A stretch of DNA of 64,000 bases from Schmidtea polychroa. Lineage: Eukaryota. Shown here piece by piece: positions 44,776-58,900 of this stretch (position 1 is the first letter of the stretch; each line of letters begins with the position of its first letter). A model generated the notes under the pieces. It saw only the letters and a list, made by a program, of their open reading frames with translations, had not been told where the DNA came from and made no database searches. The translations under genes and the position numbers were made by a program. Location: positions 52,516,001-52,580,000 of the forward strand of contig CM097885.1 of assembly GCA_044892525.1 (NCBI GenBank). Reading direction: 5' to 3'.

Positions 44776-45399
44776 TTATCTTTGTTTATATACTATAGCT
44801 CCTTCCTTGTTAAATATATCTGTTCTTACTCGTAATTCATCAGGACACTGTTGTGTAAAATCTAGAAAAATATATCCATGTGGGGATTTTGTTGCATCGA
44901 CAAATGCATTCATTAAGAAATTTCGATTATTTGGATATGCTTGCCTTGCAAGAAAGTCAATCACTGTAGCATCTCTCGGATTTTTGAAAACAACTAAATA
45001 TTGAACATTCAAATTACGAGTTCGGTGAGATCCACCTTGATGAAAAAGATTTTGAGTGATAAAAATTACAGTGACACCTTTATGTCTACTAATTTTTGTA
45101 AACAAATTATTAAAATCCTTTTCTTTATTTGCTTCTTGATATAAATCATCAATAATAATCACATCACCCTGTCGTAATCTAGATGACCAGTTTTTATCGA
45201 ACCCTTTTATGATTGTCATTTTGATTTTACAAAACTGATCTTGTGTCATTCCGCTTTCATCATCAGCTCCCCTATGCCAATAAATTTTATTAAATTTTGA
45301 CTTGAATAATTTTGATTGTAATAATTTACAAACAAACAATGTTTTCCCGCTACCACTCGGGCCAACGATTTGGTATACTGCATCATTTCTTAATTGCAT
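44776..45399 (-). CDS. Packaging ATPase (copy 2)
   Basis: As 5617-6240. Confidence 0.92.
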   Translation of the reverse strand: MQLRNDAVYQIVGPSGSGKTLFVCKLLQSKLFKSKFNKIYWHRGADDESGMTQDQFCKIKMTIIKGFDKNWSSRLRQGDVIIIDDLYQEANKEKDFNNLFTKISRHKGVTVIFITQNLFHQGGSHRTRNLNVQYLVVFKNPRDATVIDFLARQAYPNNRNFLMNAFVDATKSPHGYIFLDFTQQCPDELRVRTDIFNKEGAIVYKQR

Positions 45400-45507
45400 T
45401 TTTTATTTTTAATTTTAAAATATCTAGTTATTGTTTATATTAGATGATTTTAATGAACTCTTGCTAAAGTTGTATATAAAGAGTAAAATTTCATAAATGA
45501 TTTAATT

Positions 45508-45945
45508 ATGCTTGCAAATATAAATTATCGAGGAAATTTTGATGTTTCAAAAATGAGGTTCCCACCAGGAAAACCACAGCAAATTGTCGATAGAAGCGGG
45601 AAATATCCGATAATATTTTTCAAGACTGGCAAATGCAGAATTATGGGATGTAAGGAACCATTGGATATTAATAAATTACAATATCGAATCAATAATATTA
45701 AAATTCAATCAATTACCGTTACTATGGATATGGGACATACTATCAATTTATACAAAATATCGAGAAAATGTGATTGTATGTTTAAACCGGAATTGTTTCC
45801 GGCATTAAGACTATTAAAATATAACCCTATATGTGTCAATGTGTTTTCAAGTGGAAAGGTTGTCATGCTTGGGTTGAGAAATTTAGACTATAGGGAATTT
45901 GTTAACAATGTTCGGAATGAGTTAAATTCATTGGTCGATTTCTAA
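45508..45945 (+). CDS. TBP-like protein (copy 2)
   Basis: As 6349-6786, with FEPELF changed to FKPELF. Confidence 0.82.
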   Translation: MLANINYRGNFDVSKMRFPPGKPQQIVDRSGKYPIIFFKTGKCRIMGCKEPLDINKLQYRINNIKIQSITVTMDMGHTINLYKISRKCDCMFKPELFPALRLLKYNPICVNVFSSGKVVMLGLRNLDYREFVNNVRNELNSLVDF

Positions 45946-45998
45946 TTGGTTAATTTCTAATTGGTTAATAATAATAATATTAACTGTTTATTGTTTAG

Positions 45999-46249
45999 AT
46001 GTCATTAATAATGTATACTAGCGCGGCAAAATCAATGTCTGAGATCGATAATTACGGTAAATTTTTAATTTATATATATTTTTTATATATTTTATAGATG
46101 AATATTCCAAAGTGATGTTAAATTGCCTCAAGTATTTCTATCCTCAATTGAATGAAATTCTGAAGGACAGGGATCCAGAGATTATACCAGATTTGGTATA
46201 CAATGAAACAAGAATCTGGATGTTCGATATATTAAATCAATTCCAATGA
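45999..46249 (+). CDS. Small spliced hypothetical protein (copy 2)
   Basis: As 6840-7090. Confidence 0.55.
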
Positions 46250-46450
46250 GTAGATCGACAGAATGCAGAAAGAAATGGAATATCCATGTATCATTGGATG
46301 CAGTTGTTGTGCTGATCGTTATCAGCGATATGTAGAATGGAATTTAGTAAAAACACTTAGAAGATATTACTATTCTAGGATTGTTGATTTAAATTAATAA
46401 ATATTTTTTATGTATTTTGTTTTTTTTTTTTTTATATATTGATGACCAAA

Positions 46451-46497
<47 letters not shown>

Positions 46498-46724
46498 TAA
46501 TAATAATAATAATAATCATACATGTGCAACATTAATGCAATTTAAACAAAGACACATTAATGCAAACCATGTGCAACATTGATGCAATTTAAACAAAGAC
46601 ATGTGCAATACAAATGCAAAGCATGTGCAACATTGATGTAATTTAAACTTTAATCTGATTGGTTGTTCCATTTATTTTGAAGGTATAAAAACCCTGTACC
46701 ATTTCATTTTAATCATAATTCACG

Positions 46725-47132
46725 ATGGTCAAGAAAAGCACTGAAAAACCGAAAGATGAACTTGTTCAGCCTGTTCAAATGTTCCACAACTACAAAATGT
46801 ATTTTTTAAAAGAAGAAATCAATATGAAATTGGTTGCACCGGTCAAGTTAATTCCAACTCAATTTCAATTCTTATCCGGCACGCTTTCAATGGTAGATGT
46901 TAAAACCATAGATGATGTTTTCAAACGGTTGAATTCAAATCTATCATGTAATCAAAATGCATGGTTCAACAACCGATATGCAAAATTTTATGATGCCTTT
47001 GATGAAATCAGTTTCAAAGAAAACGAAAATTGGTATATAACAATTGCAATCCAAGGATATAAAGTCGATAATAATGATGTGTATTCTCCAATTTGGAAAA
47101 TTATGTCTGCTAGGCTTTCACAACTATTTTAA
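46725..47132 (+). CDS. Hypothetical protein (copy 2)
   Basis: As 7557-7964. Confidence 0.7.
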   Translation: MVKKSTEKPKDELVQPVQMFHNYKMYFLKEEINMKLVAPVKLIPTQFQFLSGTLSMVDVKTIDDVFKRLNSNLSCNQNAWFNNRYAKFYDAFDEISFKENENWYITIAIQGYKVDNNDVYSPIWKIMSARLSQLF

Positions 47133-47284
47133 TGTATTTAATAAATGTATATAATGTATTTTAATAAATGTATTTAATGTATTTAATCTTATTTATTTTA
47201 TTAATATTAATGCAACAGTAATGCAAATTTAACAAAGACATTCTATAAACAAACTTACATTATAGTTTAAAAGTGTTAATAAAA

Positions 47285-47713
47285 ATGACTACAGAAAAAG
47301 GTTAATTTTGATTAATAACTTACCGAATTATTTATTATTTAGAAATTGTAATCAACTTTTTGTTGGAAAAATTGGCAGAAATAGCTGGTGTAAATGTTGA
47401 GGATATATTATCTGTTGCAAATGCATTAAATATAGGCTGGATAGTTGAAAGTCAAGATTCAGGATTTGATGAAAGTGAAGTGAGTCAAGAAACTGATGTA
47501 GAAATTGATGGAGAAAATGATGGAGAAAACACCCAAGAAATTAGTGAAAACACCCAAGAAATTAGTGAAAACATCCAAGAAATTGATGGAGAAAACATCC
47601 AAGAAATTGATGGAGAAAACAATCAAGAACAACCTAACGATTGTATAGATCATGTAGTTGATAATATTATGAAATGTGGAGATGACTATTGTGAATGTGT
47701 TAATAAATGTTAA
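47285..47713 (+). CDS. Acidic repeat protein, spliced (copy 2)
   Basis: As 8117-8545. Confidence 0.65.
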
Positions 47714-47755
47714 ATTTTAAATTTTGTTTTTTATACATAAGAAAAATAACAAAAA

Positions 47756-47950
47756 TTAATATTTATTTAAATATTTAAATAACATATACAATAAAACAAC
47801 TCCTGTTGTGAGTTTAATATAGTTTTTCATTTTTCTTTTGATTTCATCAGTTTCTTTAGCATTGCGGGCGAGTTGATTGAGTATATCCCATCCGCCATTA
47901 TCTTCTATCCATGGACTAAACTTGGATTTGATTATCTAAAAAAAAAAAAA

Positions 47951-47990
<40 letters not shown>

Positions 47991-48291
47991 TTACTTCTAA
48001 AGACCACTGATAATAATGTTCTGAGTCATGTTGGCATTTCGCAATGATTATCTTCATGTAGGTGAACCCTACAATAATTCTTGTCCATTTCATGTCTTCA
48101 TCGCAGAGACATTGAAATATATTGTTAAAATAATTCTTCTTTGATTCAAGACAATCCATATCAAGCATTCTCTGGTAGTCGATATGGTTGCCTTCAATAA
48201 TTTGTTCGGTCCGATTGACCAGGAAATTGAGGCTGTCGACTATATTCGCTGTGACTAGTCCATTTAGAACGTTTTCAATAAATTTAGACAT
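47756..48291 (-). CDS. Bcl-2 family protein, spliced (copy 2)
   Basis: As 8588-9120; the intron is 3 nt longer. Confidence 0.85.
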
Positions 48292-48400
48292 TTTTTACAA
48301 TAATTTTTAATATACTGTCTTATTTATACTACTGTGTGTGTAATATGATTCTGATTGGTTGATAGACTATAAATGTAAAACATAATAGATTTGATACAAC

Positions 48401-48901
48401 ATGAAAACTATATTTCTATTGCTAATTATTATAAGGAGTGTGTGCTCACACAATACGACAATAACGGTGGAGTCTTTTAATAAATCAATATGTATTTGTC
48501 CAAATACCGCCAAGTTGATGGATATTTTATATATTCTTGACAAACCAAAATGGGCAAAGCATCCAGGAAAAAGAATATCCCAAAGATTGGAGAATTTAGA
48601 AAACAGCTATGACCTATCTTTTGAATATATACAAAATATAAAATTTAAATTGATTGATCATATTGAGGTTTTCAATAACTCAATTGTTGAAAATAAAAAG
48701 AATATGAAAATTATTGATAAGAAACATGAACATTTGTTAAGAAAGATTGATTTAATAATATTCGAAATTCGAACAATAAAAGAATCGATAGAAAATTTGA
48801 AAACCAATTCAACGTTACCAATTTCAAACAAGATGGCAGCAAATATGAGTACATCAATATTTAAATGGCCATTGCTAATTTTAAATTATTTCATTGTTTA
48901 A
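48401..48901 (+). CDS. Secreted/membrane coiled-coil glycoprotein (copy 2)
   Basis: As 9230-9730. Confidence 0.65.
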   Translation: MKTIFLLLIIIRSVCSHNTTITVESFNKSICICPNTAKLMDILYILDKPKWAKHPGKRISQRLENLENSYDLSFEYIQNIKFKLIDHIEVFNNSIVENKKNMKIIDKKHEHLLRKIDLIIFEIRTIKESIENLKTNSTLPISNKMAANMSTSIFKWPLLILNYFIV

Positions 48902-49002
48902 TAAATGTATTGATTTAAATTATCTTTTGTCTGATATATTATTATTATTATTGGCATAAATATTATTAATTTAATTATTATTATTACTAGTATTGTCATA
49001 AA

Positions 49003-49089
<87 letters not shown>

Positions 49090-49446
49090 TTACATAAAGA
49101 CATTTCATGCACTTGTATTGCACTTGTATTGCATGTCTTTATGTGAGTAGAAATTACTGAGTGAGTAACAATGACTCATCGATGAGTCATATTCAGAGAA
49201 CAAAGCATCGATAATATCCAATTCTGATTGGTTAGATGTTATCGATACTTTGTATATATTTTTCAAATGAGGTAATTATTATTTTTATGATTTAAATTTT
49301 TTATAATTAAATTTCTTATGATTAATTTTAATTTTTATTTCTTTATGAAACCAGTTTTTATGAAAACAAATTATATGATTTATGAAATAAATTTTATGAA
49401 AACAAACTTTTTTATGAAGAAATGGGTATGTTTTTATTATTATTAA

Positions 49447-49530
<84 letters not shown>

Positions 49531-50376
49531 TGTTATTATTATTATTATTCTGTAGCGACATACAATAAATTTTGGTTTACCAAAAAAGAAGTCTTCTAAA
49601 AATTAGAGTCGTGTGATGAGTCTTTCTTTTAAAAATAAATGATTGGTCTTTGTTCAAAAAAGTCATCGATGAGTCATACAAGGGGGGGGGGGGTATGCAA
49701 AAAAAAGAAACCCCCTATCTAAACTATGAGTCATCGATGAGTCTTTGTCTATATGTCTTTGTTTAAATGTACTTAAATATTTGATTAAATGTCTTTGTTT
49801 AAATATTTGTTTAAATGTATTTATTTAAATATTTGTTTAAATGTATTTATTTAAATTTTTGTTTAAATGTATTTATTTAAATATTTGTTTAAATGTATTT
49901 ATTTAAATATTTGTTTAAATGTATTTATTTAAATATTAAATATGTCTTTGTTTAAAAAATGATGAGTCATACATACTTTAATAATGAGTCAGTTGGCTTT
50001 GTTCCAAAAATGATGAGTCATATGACTTTGTTACTAAAAATAGAATGACCTTGACCTAGTTACTAAAAATAGAATGACCTTGACCTAGTTACTAAAAATA
50101 GAATGACCTTGATGAGTCATCGATGACGTCACGTGACATTGTTACTAAAAATAGAATGACCTTGACCTAGTTACTAAAAATAGAATGACCTTGACCTAGT
50201 TACCGTGGTTGCCACGGTTGCTATGGATGAGTCATATAACCTTGACCCAGTTAGCGCTGTTGCTATGGATGAGTCATCGATGAGTCATATGTCTTTGTTT
50301 TGCGCTGAGTCATCGGGGGGGGTAGTGCAAAAAAATGACAAAAAACGATGAGTCATGGAGCACATTTCTCTCTACT

Positions 50377-50717
50377 AGCTGATTTCACAAAAAGAAGATA
50401 CACAAGAAACAATGCAAACAAAAAGATCATTCAATATTAGAGATGAGGTACTGGTAAAAGTCGAATCAAGAACTAAAGACAAGGAGAGATACGAAGGGCC
50501 ATACAGAATAATGCAGAAGATCCATGATCGCCTATATCTGTTACAAGACCAAAGTGGGAAAATGCTTCAAAGAAATGTTGAAAAGTTGAAGAAATTTCTT
50601 AAAGGATGTGAGGTGTTTTCAGCTGGGAGTTGAATATTTCAAAATATTATTAAGATATTTTTTTAAATAAAAACTTGGAATTAAATAATTTAGAAGATGT
50701 GTTAGCAGTTTCTAACA
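50377..50717 (+). mobile_element. Gypsy 3' remnant (copy 2)
   Basis: As 11116-11456. Confidence 0.7.
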
Positions 50718-52906
50718 TATAGAATATGAATTACAAATTTAGACAATAAAAAATGTGTATCCCTCTGATACAGTACCAACGTTGATCGCTCAATGGGTAT
50801 TGTTAGACGCAATTAAATTCAAATCTTCTTCAAGCATTTATTTTTTATAACACCTTCAAACTTGTTTTTATTTACTAGCGTATTTAAACACCGAGGCGTG
50901 ATAATTATTAATATTAATGTAATTACTGGTCATACATTTAATTAATTTATTTTAATATAATTTAATATAATATGATATAATTTAATGTAGAATTTAAATA
51001 TAAAAATTTAACAGAAATAATTATTTCTACTAACAGATGTCACTTCTACCATTTAACCATAATAATTTTATATAGAGATTAACTAACTCCTTACGTCCCC
51101 TTTTCTTTAAAATGCTTTAACTTTTCTATATTCCTCGTTATTTTTCTCCCGTTTTCGTCTGTTAATAAGTAACTTATTTCATGATTTCGTTTTATTACTG
51201 TGTATGGTTTTGTTTTTTGTTTTTTCTTATTACTTCTATTTATATTTTTATCTATTTACACTTTTTATCTATTTTACACGACCCATATCCTTCCTGCCTA
51301 AGCAAGCCCCAATCGAGCTCAGAAAACCCTAACATGCCATTCCCTAACAAGATATTCGTCCCGAAAATTAGAGAGTATGATGAAAACATGCGACACACTA
51401 AAATAAAAATCAAATAAAACATTAAAAATATAGGATACATAATTATATACATGACATACACAGTATATCATAAAAATGCCAACTGGCTGATGTAAATGAT
51501 AATTCATAATCAAAGTTTATAATCACAACTGTTTATTATAAATGCTCCTAAGATTTGTACAATTTGTGGATTGAGCTCTAGTAGATATGCTAGCTTCAGG
51601 ATTATTGTGTATCGGCGCTGGATACTGTAGCTGATTTGCTAATATCACATCCAGGTGATAACTAACTACCATATTCTTCCTGGTGTTGATTTCCCGATAG
51701 ACAATCGTGGAAACAATGTAGGTTCCCTCCATGATTTCTATCACACCCGTAGATGGGTAGTGCGAAACGGCCATTTCCTGGATATGCTCGCCATTGTATT
51801 CTGTAACTCGGTGCTTGTTTTACCGAGTTCCAGAAGAATACTCCATTCATTCATAATCATTTCCCTCAATCATTTTACGCCTTTAATGATTATTTTTATT
51901 TTGTAATTTAGGTATCCTCAACAATATTTATTTCAAATCAAAATTTTTAAATTTTATTTAATTTTTATTAATTGTGACACCATGTTTAATGTCACAATTT
52001 TCTAGAATATTCTGACAGTATTTCTAATTGTTTTAAACATATCATTTCAATTTCTATTAATCTCTAAGTTGCTTTTGGTACTATTTTTTAAAAATATTTG
52101 ATTTTTAATTCTTATTTTCATTTATCGCCATAGATGTAAATTTGAATTAACTTTGTTATTTATTCATGCTTTCTTTATGTTTCCTTCGTGAAATACTACT
52201 GGTGAGTTGCAGGTAATTGTGCTGTTTCCTGCCCAACTCAGGATACAATGGTGCTATACCATTCAATACCGTTGGAAGTATGCCGGATGGGTACATACTC
52301 GCGAAAAGCGAGTGTACCTCTGTATGGTATAATTTTCAAGCATTCGAGCGGGTTCGCGGACCACAGTTAGAAGACAATTATCCGTCCTTAATTTCGGTTC
52401 TCTGTTTCTCGGTTCCAAAAATACAACGAGCTTAGATAAAACTAAATTAAAAGTCTTTTTAAAACTATAACAGTCAACAGGAGAGACCTATTTCTATCCC
52501 ACATACAGAACGAACTCGTTCATATACACCTTCCTATACACAGACTGAACTAAAATTAATTTTAACGGATTAACTGAATATTTTGAATGGTTTCTGTTCG
52601 AATGTGTAATTCTCAATAACGATTACAATTTACTGGGATCTTTAACAAATACGAAACAAGAAACCTTTATTTTATTCTTATGTTTTCTGTCATTTAAAGA
52701 TATACTATGACACGACTAGACCATCCCATGACACAAGCCTCTTAGCGTGCACGTCGTCTGAGGATCTTCAACTAGAAAGATTTCCGTATTAATCAAAGAA
52801 TGAAAGATTTCCCCATTTAAGATTCCATATAAGGTTGAACAGTTTGAGTAATATTCCATTATATAATCAAGGCTTTGACCTCATCAAACCATTCTAACTT
52901 AATATA

Positions 52907-53740
52907 ATGAATAAAAAATGTAAAAATTCGATTTGTGATATGGAAACTACAAACCTTCTAATGAGACTTGCTCAATGTAATCATGTTATCTGTCGCCATT
53001 GCTTCCAAGATTTCTTCAAAAACATAGATTTTTGTCATTTCGATAAAGAAATGATAAGTGAAATTCTTATTTTCAATATAAGTCACATACTAATACTAAC
53101 TAAAACAATGGAATTTGTTCCTTTTGACATTGTCGACGATGGTTTCAGCTATATCTGGCCAGAAATGTGTGAGGAAATCATTTATAGGTGCAATTGCGTC
53201 CTAGATAATAAACTTACCAATATGAAAGACCTGATAATAGATTTCCGGTCAACTTTAAAATCATACCTCACGGGAAAAAATCAAGTTGCTTTTTTTTTGA
53301 ATAGTTACGTGCGTTCCTTTAAAAATTATTTCTTTAAAAATCTTGATCGTTCAAATGAAAATCTTTATGAAAAAAATATTCAATTTCAAAAAGATCTCAT
53401 ATTTACCAGTTTCCCTCTCAAGCATTACTCGACTATGATGACCTCCATCAACAAAGATATTGGAAATACTCCATGTCCGAATCGAATGAAGAAAATTGAA
53501 GAAGACTGGAAGCTAGTCAACTCAAATTTCAACAAAATCAAGTTGCTTGTTGAATGGCTAAGTGCAACACAAATGTACACTCTGACTATTTGTGAATCTC
53601 AAGAGAACGATAATGTTTCTCAAAGCTCTCTTTTGGACTTGAAGTCATTCAAACTATCGAAAAAAATTCATAACATATATTGTGAAGTAAATCAAGTTTT
53701 GCAAAAGATATCAGAAGGGTCTGTGACTCGGTACGATTAA
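52907..53740 (+). CDS. RING-finger protein (copy 2)
   Basis: As 13646-14479. Confidence 0.7.
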   Translation: MNKKCKNSICDMETTNLLMRLAQCNHVICRHCFQDFFKNIDFCHFDKEMISEILIFNISHILILTKTMEFVPFDIVDDGFSYIWPEMCEEIIYRCNCVLDNKLTNMKDLIIDFRSTLKSYLTGKNQVAFFLNSYVRSFKNYFFKNLDRSNENLYEKNIQFQKDLIFTSFPLKHYSTMMTSINKDIGNTPCPNRMKKIEEDWKLVNSNFNKIKLLVEWLSATQMYTLTICESQENDNVSQSSLLDLKSFKLSKKIHNIYCEVNQVLQKISEGSVTRYD

Positions 53741-53873
53741 TATCAAAATTAATTACTCTAAAAGCATTAGAAAAGTCACCCCTTTTACAAAAAAAATATT
53801 TATATTTTCACTATTTAGATAAATATTAATAAATAATATTTTGAGAAATAATTTGCATTTTTAATATTAATAA

Positions 53874-54418
53874 CTAGCTGTTGTACCCGGCTTCGCCCGA
53901 GTTTACATTTATTATAATAATTCATTTAAATTAATTTTTTGTTTAATTATGTTATTACGTTCCAGTATTAATTTTATAACAGCATAAATTTCATGTTTAA
54001 TTCACAATAAGAAAATCTTTCAAAATAAATTTCAATTTGTAAAATGGAAAACGCACTCCAATTTAAATCGAAAAATAACTGGCAATAGTTTTTCAATTGC
54101 AAACTGGTTTACTAATCAAATAAAATTCAAATTCTCCATGTTTGAATTCTGCTTTGAAAACCTTTGACTAAATTATATTACTTTCAACTGCAAGTAGCGA
54201 GAATATAATAAATTATCATTTATATGGTAAATTACTGACCGGACAGACAAAAAAACTCCACTAAGAGTACATTAAGGGTGGTCACCTGGGGGTGAAACAT
54301 AGCATATGACCTGTCCCGAGTCAAATGAGCGTCACATGCAAAATTTCAACACCCTAGGTCCAACGGTTGGGAATTCTATAGAAAACAAACAAACCAACTT
54401 TCATCTTTATTTATTAGA
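53874..54418 (-). mobile_element. Non-autonomous Helitron (copy 2)
   Basis: As 14613-15157. Confidence 0.8.
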
Positions 54419-55771
54419 TAATTATTATTAGTATATCCTCAGACTCTGGAAATTCTCGTAGAAATAATAAATTCTCGGGGAAATAAAATTCTTGGTATAA
54501 AAATATACTTTTGCAAAGCTTGTGAAAAAAATATTTCAAAATCAAACAAAGCGAAAGATGAAAGAACCAATGTTCAAAAAATAAAGAGTTCTGGGAATTT
54601 ACAACGTGTGAGTTCTAAATTACCAAAATTTTCATGGGCTAAATATAAAGGAGAATATCATCTACCAAGATAAAATTATTTGAGTCAAATTGGCTAAAGT
54701 GTGTTTTATTAAAGGACATGTTAAATTCATTATAAAATAATGTTTCTAAAAAATTTCTTTTTTAAATATGTACTAAATATAATCTTGAAAAATCAAATGA
54801 ATCTTTTAAAATTATTAAAAAAAAGAAAAATATTATTTTCTTGGTATGTGTAAAAAATGTGAAAGTATAGAAAAAAAGTAAAGCGAACAAAAGTATAAAG
54901 AGCAGCTATTATTAGTAATAAGAAATTTGAGTAGTGTGGTTATATACCCAACCAAAACAGCCCCCCAACAAAAACATGCCTCCAAATCACTTAAGCTATT
55001 AGAAAAACAACCTAAAACTTATACTTTTATAGTATTTTAACCCTATATTTTGAAAACAACCACCCTTAATGACTCTAACTGTTTTAATCTTTAAAGCCTC
55101 AAACTCAAAAGCTTCAAACTAAAAAGAGAATAGAAAAGAAAATGGCATTATGAAAAGGTTAGAGGGCTATTTGATCTTTATCAGATTATTGATTTTAAAT
55201 TATATAAATTAAAAAATAAATGAAAAATAGTAAAACTGCTCTGAGGGGACAGTGGTATTTTTTTTTTTTTTTTTTTTCACTGTCCCCTCAACAGTTTTTT
55301 TTGATCCGGATCATTTTTTTTTATTTCAACCTCTTTCGTTTATCAAATCTCTTCCAATATACAAGCTGGCCAGACTCATACATCAGAATCAATCCGATAA
55401 TAGCAGCACACCTTATTATTCGCTTCTCGCTCACGAAGTCGATTTCAACGGCGTTTTAAGCGTGCTGCTCGAAAGTACAAATGAATTCGAAAGAGGTCCG
55501 AAAACAACTGAGAAATAAATGTGCACATTACCGGGATCGATCCGGGGGTGTTCGAAAGACAGGTGGCGATAATTACCGGTTCGCCACCATCACCCGTTTC
55601 AATATTTTTTTTTTCATATTTATGTTTAAAAAATAATTAATTAATAAAAAAATAAAATAAAATAAAATAAATAAAATAAAATATACAAGTACTTTATAAA
55701 TATAAGATACCCACACTATTTTCAATATTATTTTCAAATTTTTAATATTATTTTATGTTGAAAAAAAAACT

Positions 55772-55843
55772 AACCTCAGATGTGATTTGAACCGCTAGCA
55801 TTTTGAACCACTGTGTCAGTCTAGCCCACTGCGCCATCAAGGT
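55772..55843 (-). ncRNA. tRNA-like Pol III unit (copy 2)
   Basis: As 16523-16594. Confidence 0.6.
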
Positions 55844-55910
55844 TTGGATTTTTTGTCATTTTTTAAATTTTTATTATAAAAAATGAATAATATAAATCTT
55901 AAAAAATAAA

Positions 55911-58900
55911 ATGAAAACAGGGTATCCAATAAAAAATTTTTTTCTAAAAATGAATTGTAATATTTGCAATAAAGTTTTTAAAAATAAAACTGGATTAATT
56001 TCTCACTTAAAATCGAAAGCTCATTTATTAAAAGAAAATAATCTTAATGATACAAATTCAAAACTTTGTCTTAAATGTAAAGGAAGATTTCTACATTCTG
56101 GATATAATAAACATTTTGAAAATTGTATCGGGAAAAATAGAGAAATATTTACATGTCCTCATTGTAACTTTTCAACAAAACTAAATTTCTATTATTTAGA
56201 ACATATAAAAGAATGTAAAAATAAAAAACAAAATTCTGACGATGAGGAATGTCATTCAGAAGGAGAGCCTGATCATGTTGAAAGAGAAAAATATAACTGG
56301 GATAATTTTAATCATATAGATGAATTTCAATTAAAAATTAAGGGGCCTGCAACTCCTGGAGAATATATAAATAAAAATAAAAAAAATATTAAAAATTCTT
56401 TCACTGAAGCTTTAAAAAATTATAAACCGACAAGGTATAATGTTATAAAATATAAAATTATAATCAAAGCAAAATACTGGCGAGGAGCAGAAGAAAAGAC
56501 AACACCCTTAGATGTGGAAATTGGAATACCTTTTAAATATTTATTTTCAATTAAAGGATTTGATAAAACCATCAAAGAAATAATTAAAGCAGCAGAAGCA
56601 AAACAAGAGGAAGTAGAAAATGAATTAGGAGATTCAAACTTAGTATTCAACTCTTTCCAAACTTTAGTGATTGATTATTGGAGAGGATTACCACCCAATC
56701 CTAAATCTTATATTCCTACACCCTTTAAATCTAAAAATGTTATAAATGTACAGAATAATGATAACAAATGTTTCATCTGGTCAATACTTGCACATTTACA
56801 TCCTCAAGCAACAAATCCCCAAAGAGTTTCAAAATACAAACAATATGAAAATGAATTAATATTTCCCAAAGGATTCAAACACCCAATGAAACTAGAAGAC
56901 ATTCCAGAATTTGAAAAATTAAATAATCTTAAACTTAATATTTATGAACATGTTATAGGGAAAGAAATTATTCCAATTTATATTTCAGATAGTGGAACCA
57001 AGGATAACGGAGCACAGGACAACGAGATATATCTTTTAATCTTGGAACAAGAAAATAATCAACATTATGTTTTAATAAAAAACTTTCAAGCTTTTACATC
57101 TCCAGAGAATCCAACTAGTGGAGGAGGAACATGTAAAAGATGTCTTCATTATTCAACAACTAAAAACTCTATGATTAAACATACAAGATTTTGTGAAAAA
57201 GATGATCCAGCTTTAATTAAAATGCCTAATAATTCCAAGATGTATTTTAAAAACTTTTCAAATTTACTACAAACAGTTAGACTTCTTTATGGTGACTTTG
57301 AATCTATAAACCATAAACAAGATTTGGTTTATCAATATTTAAAAATAATAGAAAAAAATAAACTCATGGATTTATGGAACTCCTCAGGAGAGAAGATGAA
57401 ACCAGAGAGGATGAAAGCCTTTCTAAGAAAAAGAAATAAACCTAATAGTGTTAAAAAAACTAAACAATTACCATCTGCTTATAAATTATTATTTAAAAGT
57501 AATTATCCTGAACTCATAGAATCTAGAGAATATTCAATTCTAGGAGGTACCCCTGAAGAAGTCTTGAATCATTTTACTAAAAATATAAATGATCTAGAAC
57601 ATGAAATATTTAAAATATTAAAAACAAAGTATCCTCAAAATATTTCTAATCAACAACAACAAGAATATGAAAATACTTCCAACTGTTGGATGTGTAAACA
57701 GAATATTCTTCCTGATGAAAAGGTTATAGATCATGATCATTTAAAAAAGGAAAATAATTATCGAGGAGCAGCTCATAAAAATTGCAATCTTAATTGCCAT
57801 ACTCCTAAATTTATACCTGTTATATTTCATAATCTTTTTGGATATGACATACATCTATTTATTAAACACCTCGCAGCAAATGCTAAAAACTCTTTCAAAG
57901 TTATCGGCTTAACAAAGGAAAAATATAAATCAATTGAATATGGAAAATTAAAATTTATAGACTCGTTAAACTTTCTCCAAATGTCTTTAGATGCAGTAGC
58001 AAAAACAATGAAACCAGAAAATTTTAAAATCACTCGAGAATTCTTGGAAAAAAATAATATTCCTCTAGAAGAATATCCTACATGTTTAGCAAAAGGAATA
58101 TATCCTTATGACTATGTTGACTCGTTTGAAAGATATAATGAAACAAGTCTTCCTAGCCAAGAAGATTTCTATTCACAACTTCAAAAAAATCATATTACAA
58201 ATCAAGAATATTCTCGAGCAAATAAAATGTGGGAATTATTCAAGTGTAAAACTTTAGGAGAATATACAAGTATGTATTTATCCTTGGATGTTTATATTCT
58301 AGCAGATTGCTTTGAAGAATTTACAAACTCTTTTGTTCTTAAACCTTATAATTATATAACTGCACCCTCTTTAGCTTGGGATACTATGTTATATACTATT
58401 TGGACTTCAAATATAGAAGATGCTGATAAAATTATAGATCTTTTAACTAACCTCGATATGTTTAACCAAATTAAAACAAACATTAGAGGAGGAGTCTCTT
58501 CAGTAATGGGGAATAGAGAAATAAAAGCTAGAAATGCAATAACTACTAGCCGAAGACTATCTAAACACCCTGATGATCCATATATGAAAATTAACAATGA
58601 GGAATTAAAAGAATTATTAGAAACAATGAAAAATCCTATATTTATACTTTATATAGATGCAACAGCTTTATATTCAGGAATTATGACTCAATTTTTACCA
58701 ATGGGTGATTTCACTGAAATAGAGAACCCAACAGATGACCTTATGAAAGAAATACTTTCAACATCGAAAGATTCTCCAATAGGTTACTTTATAGAATGCG
58801 ACCTCGACTATCCAGATGATATAAAATCAGGAACAAGATATTTTCCTTTAGCTCCCATAAGAAGAAAGATTGATATCAACGAACTTTCTGAATGGCAAAT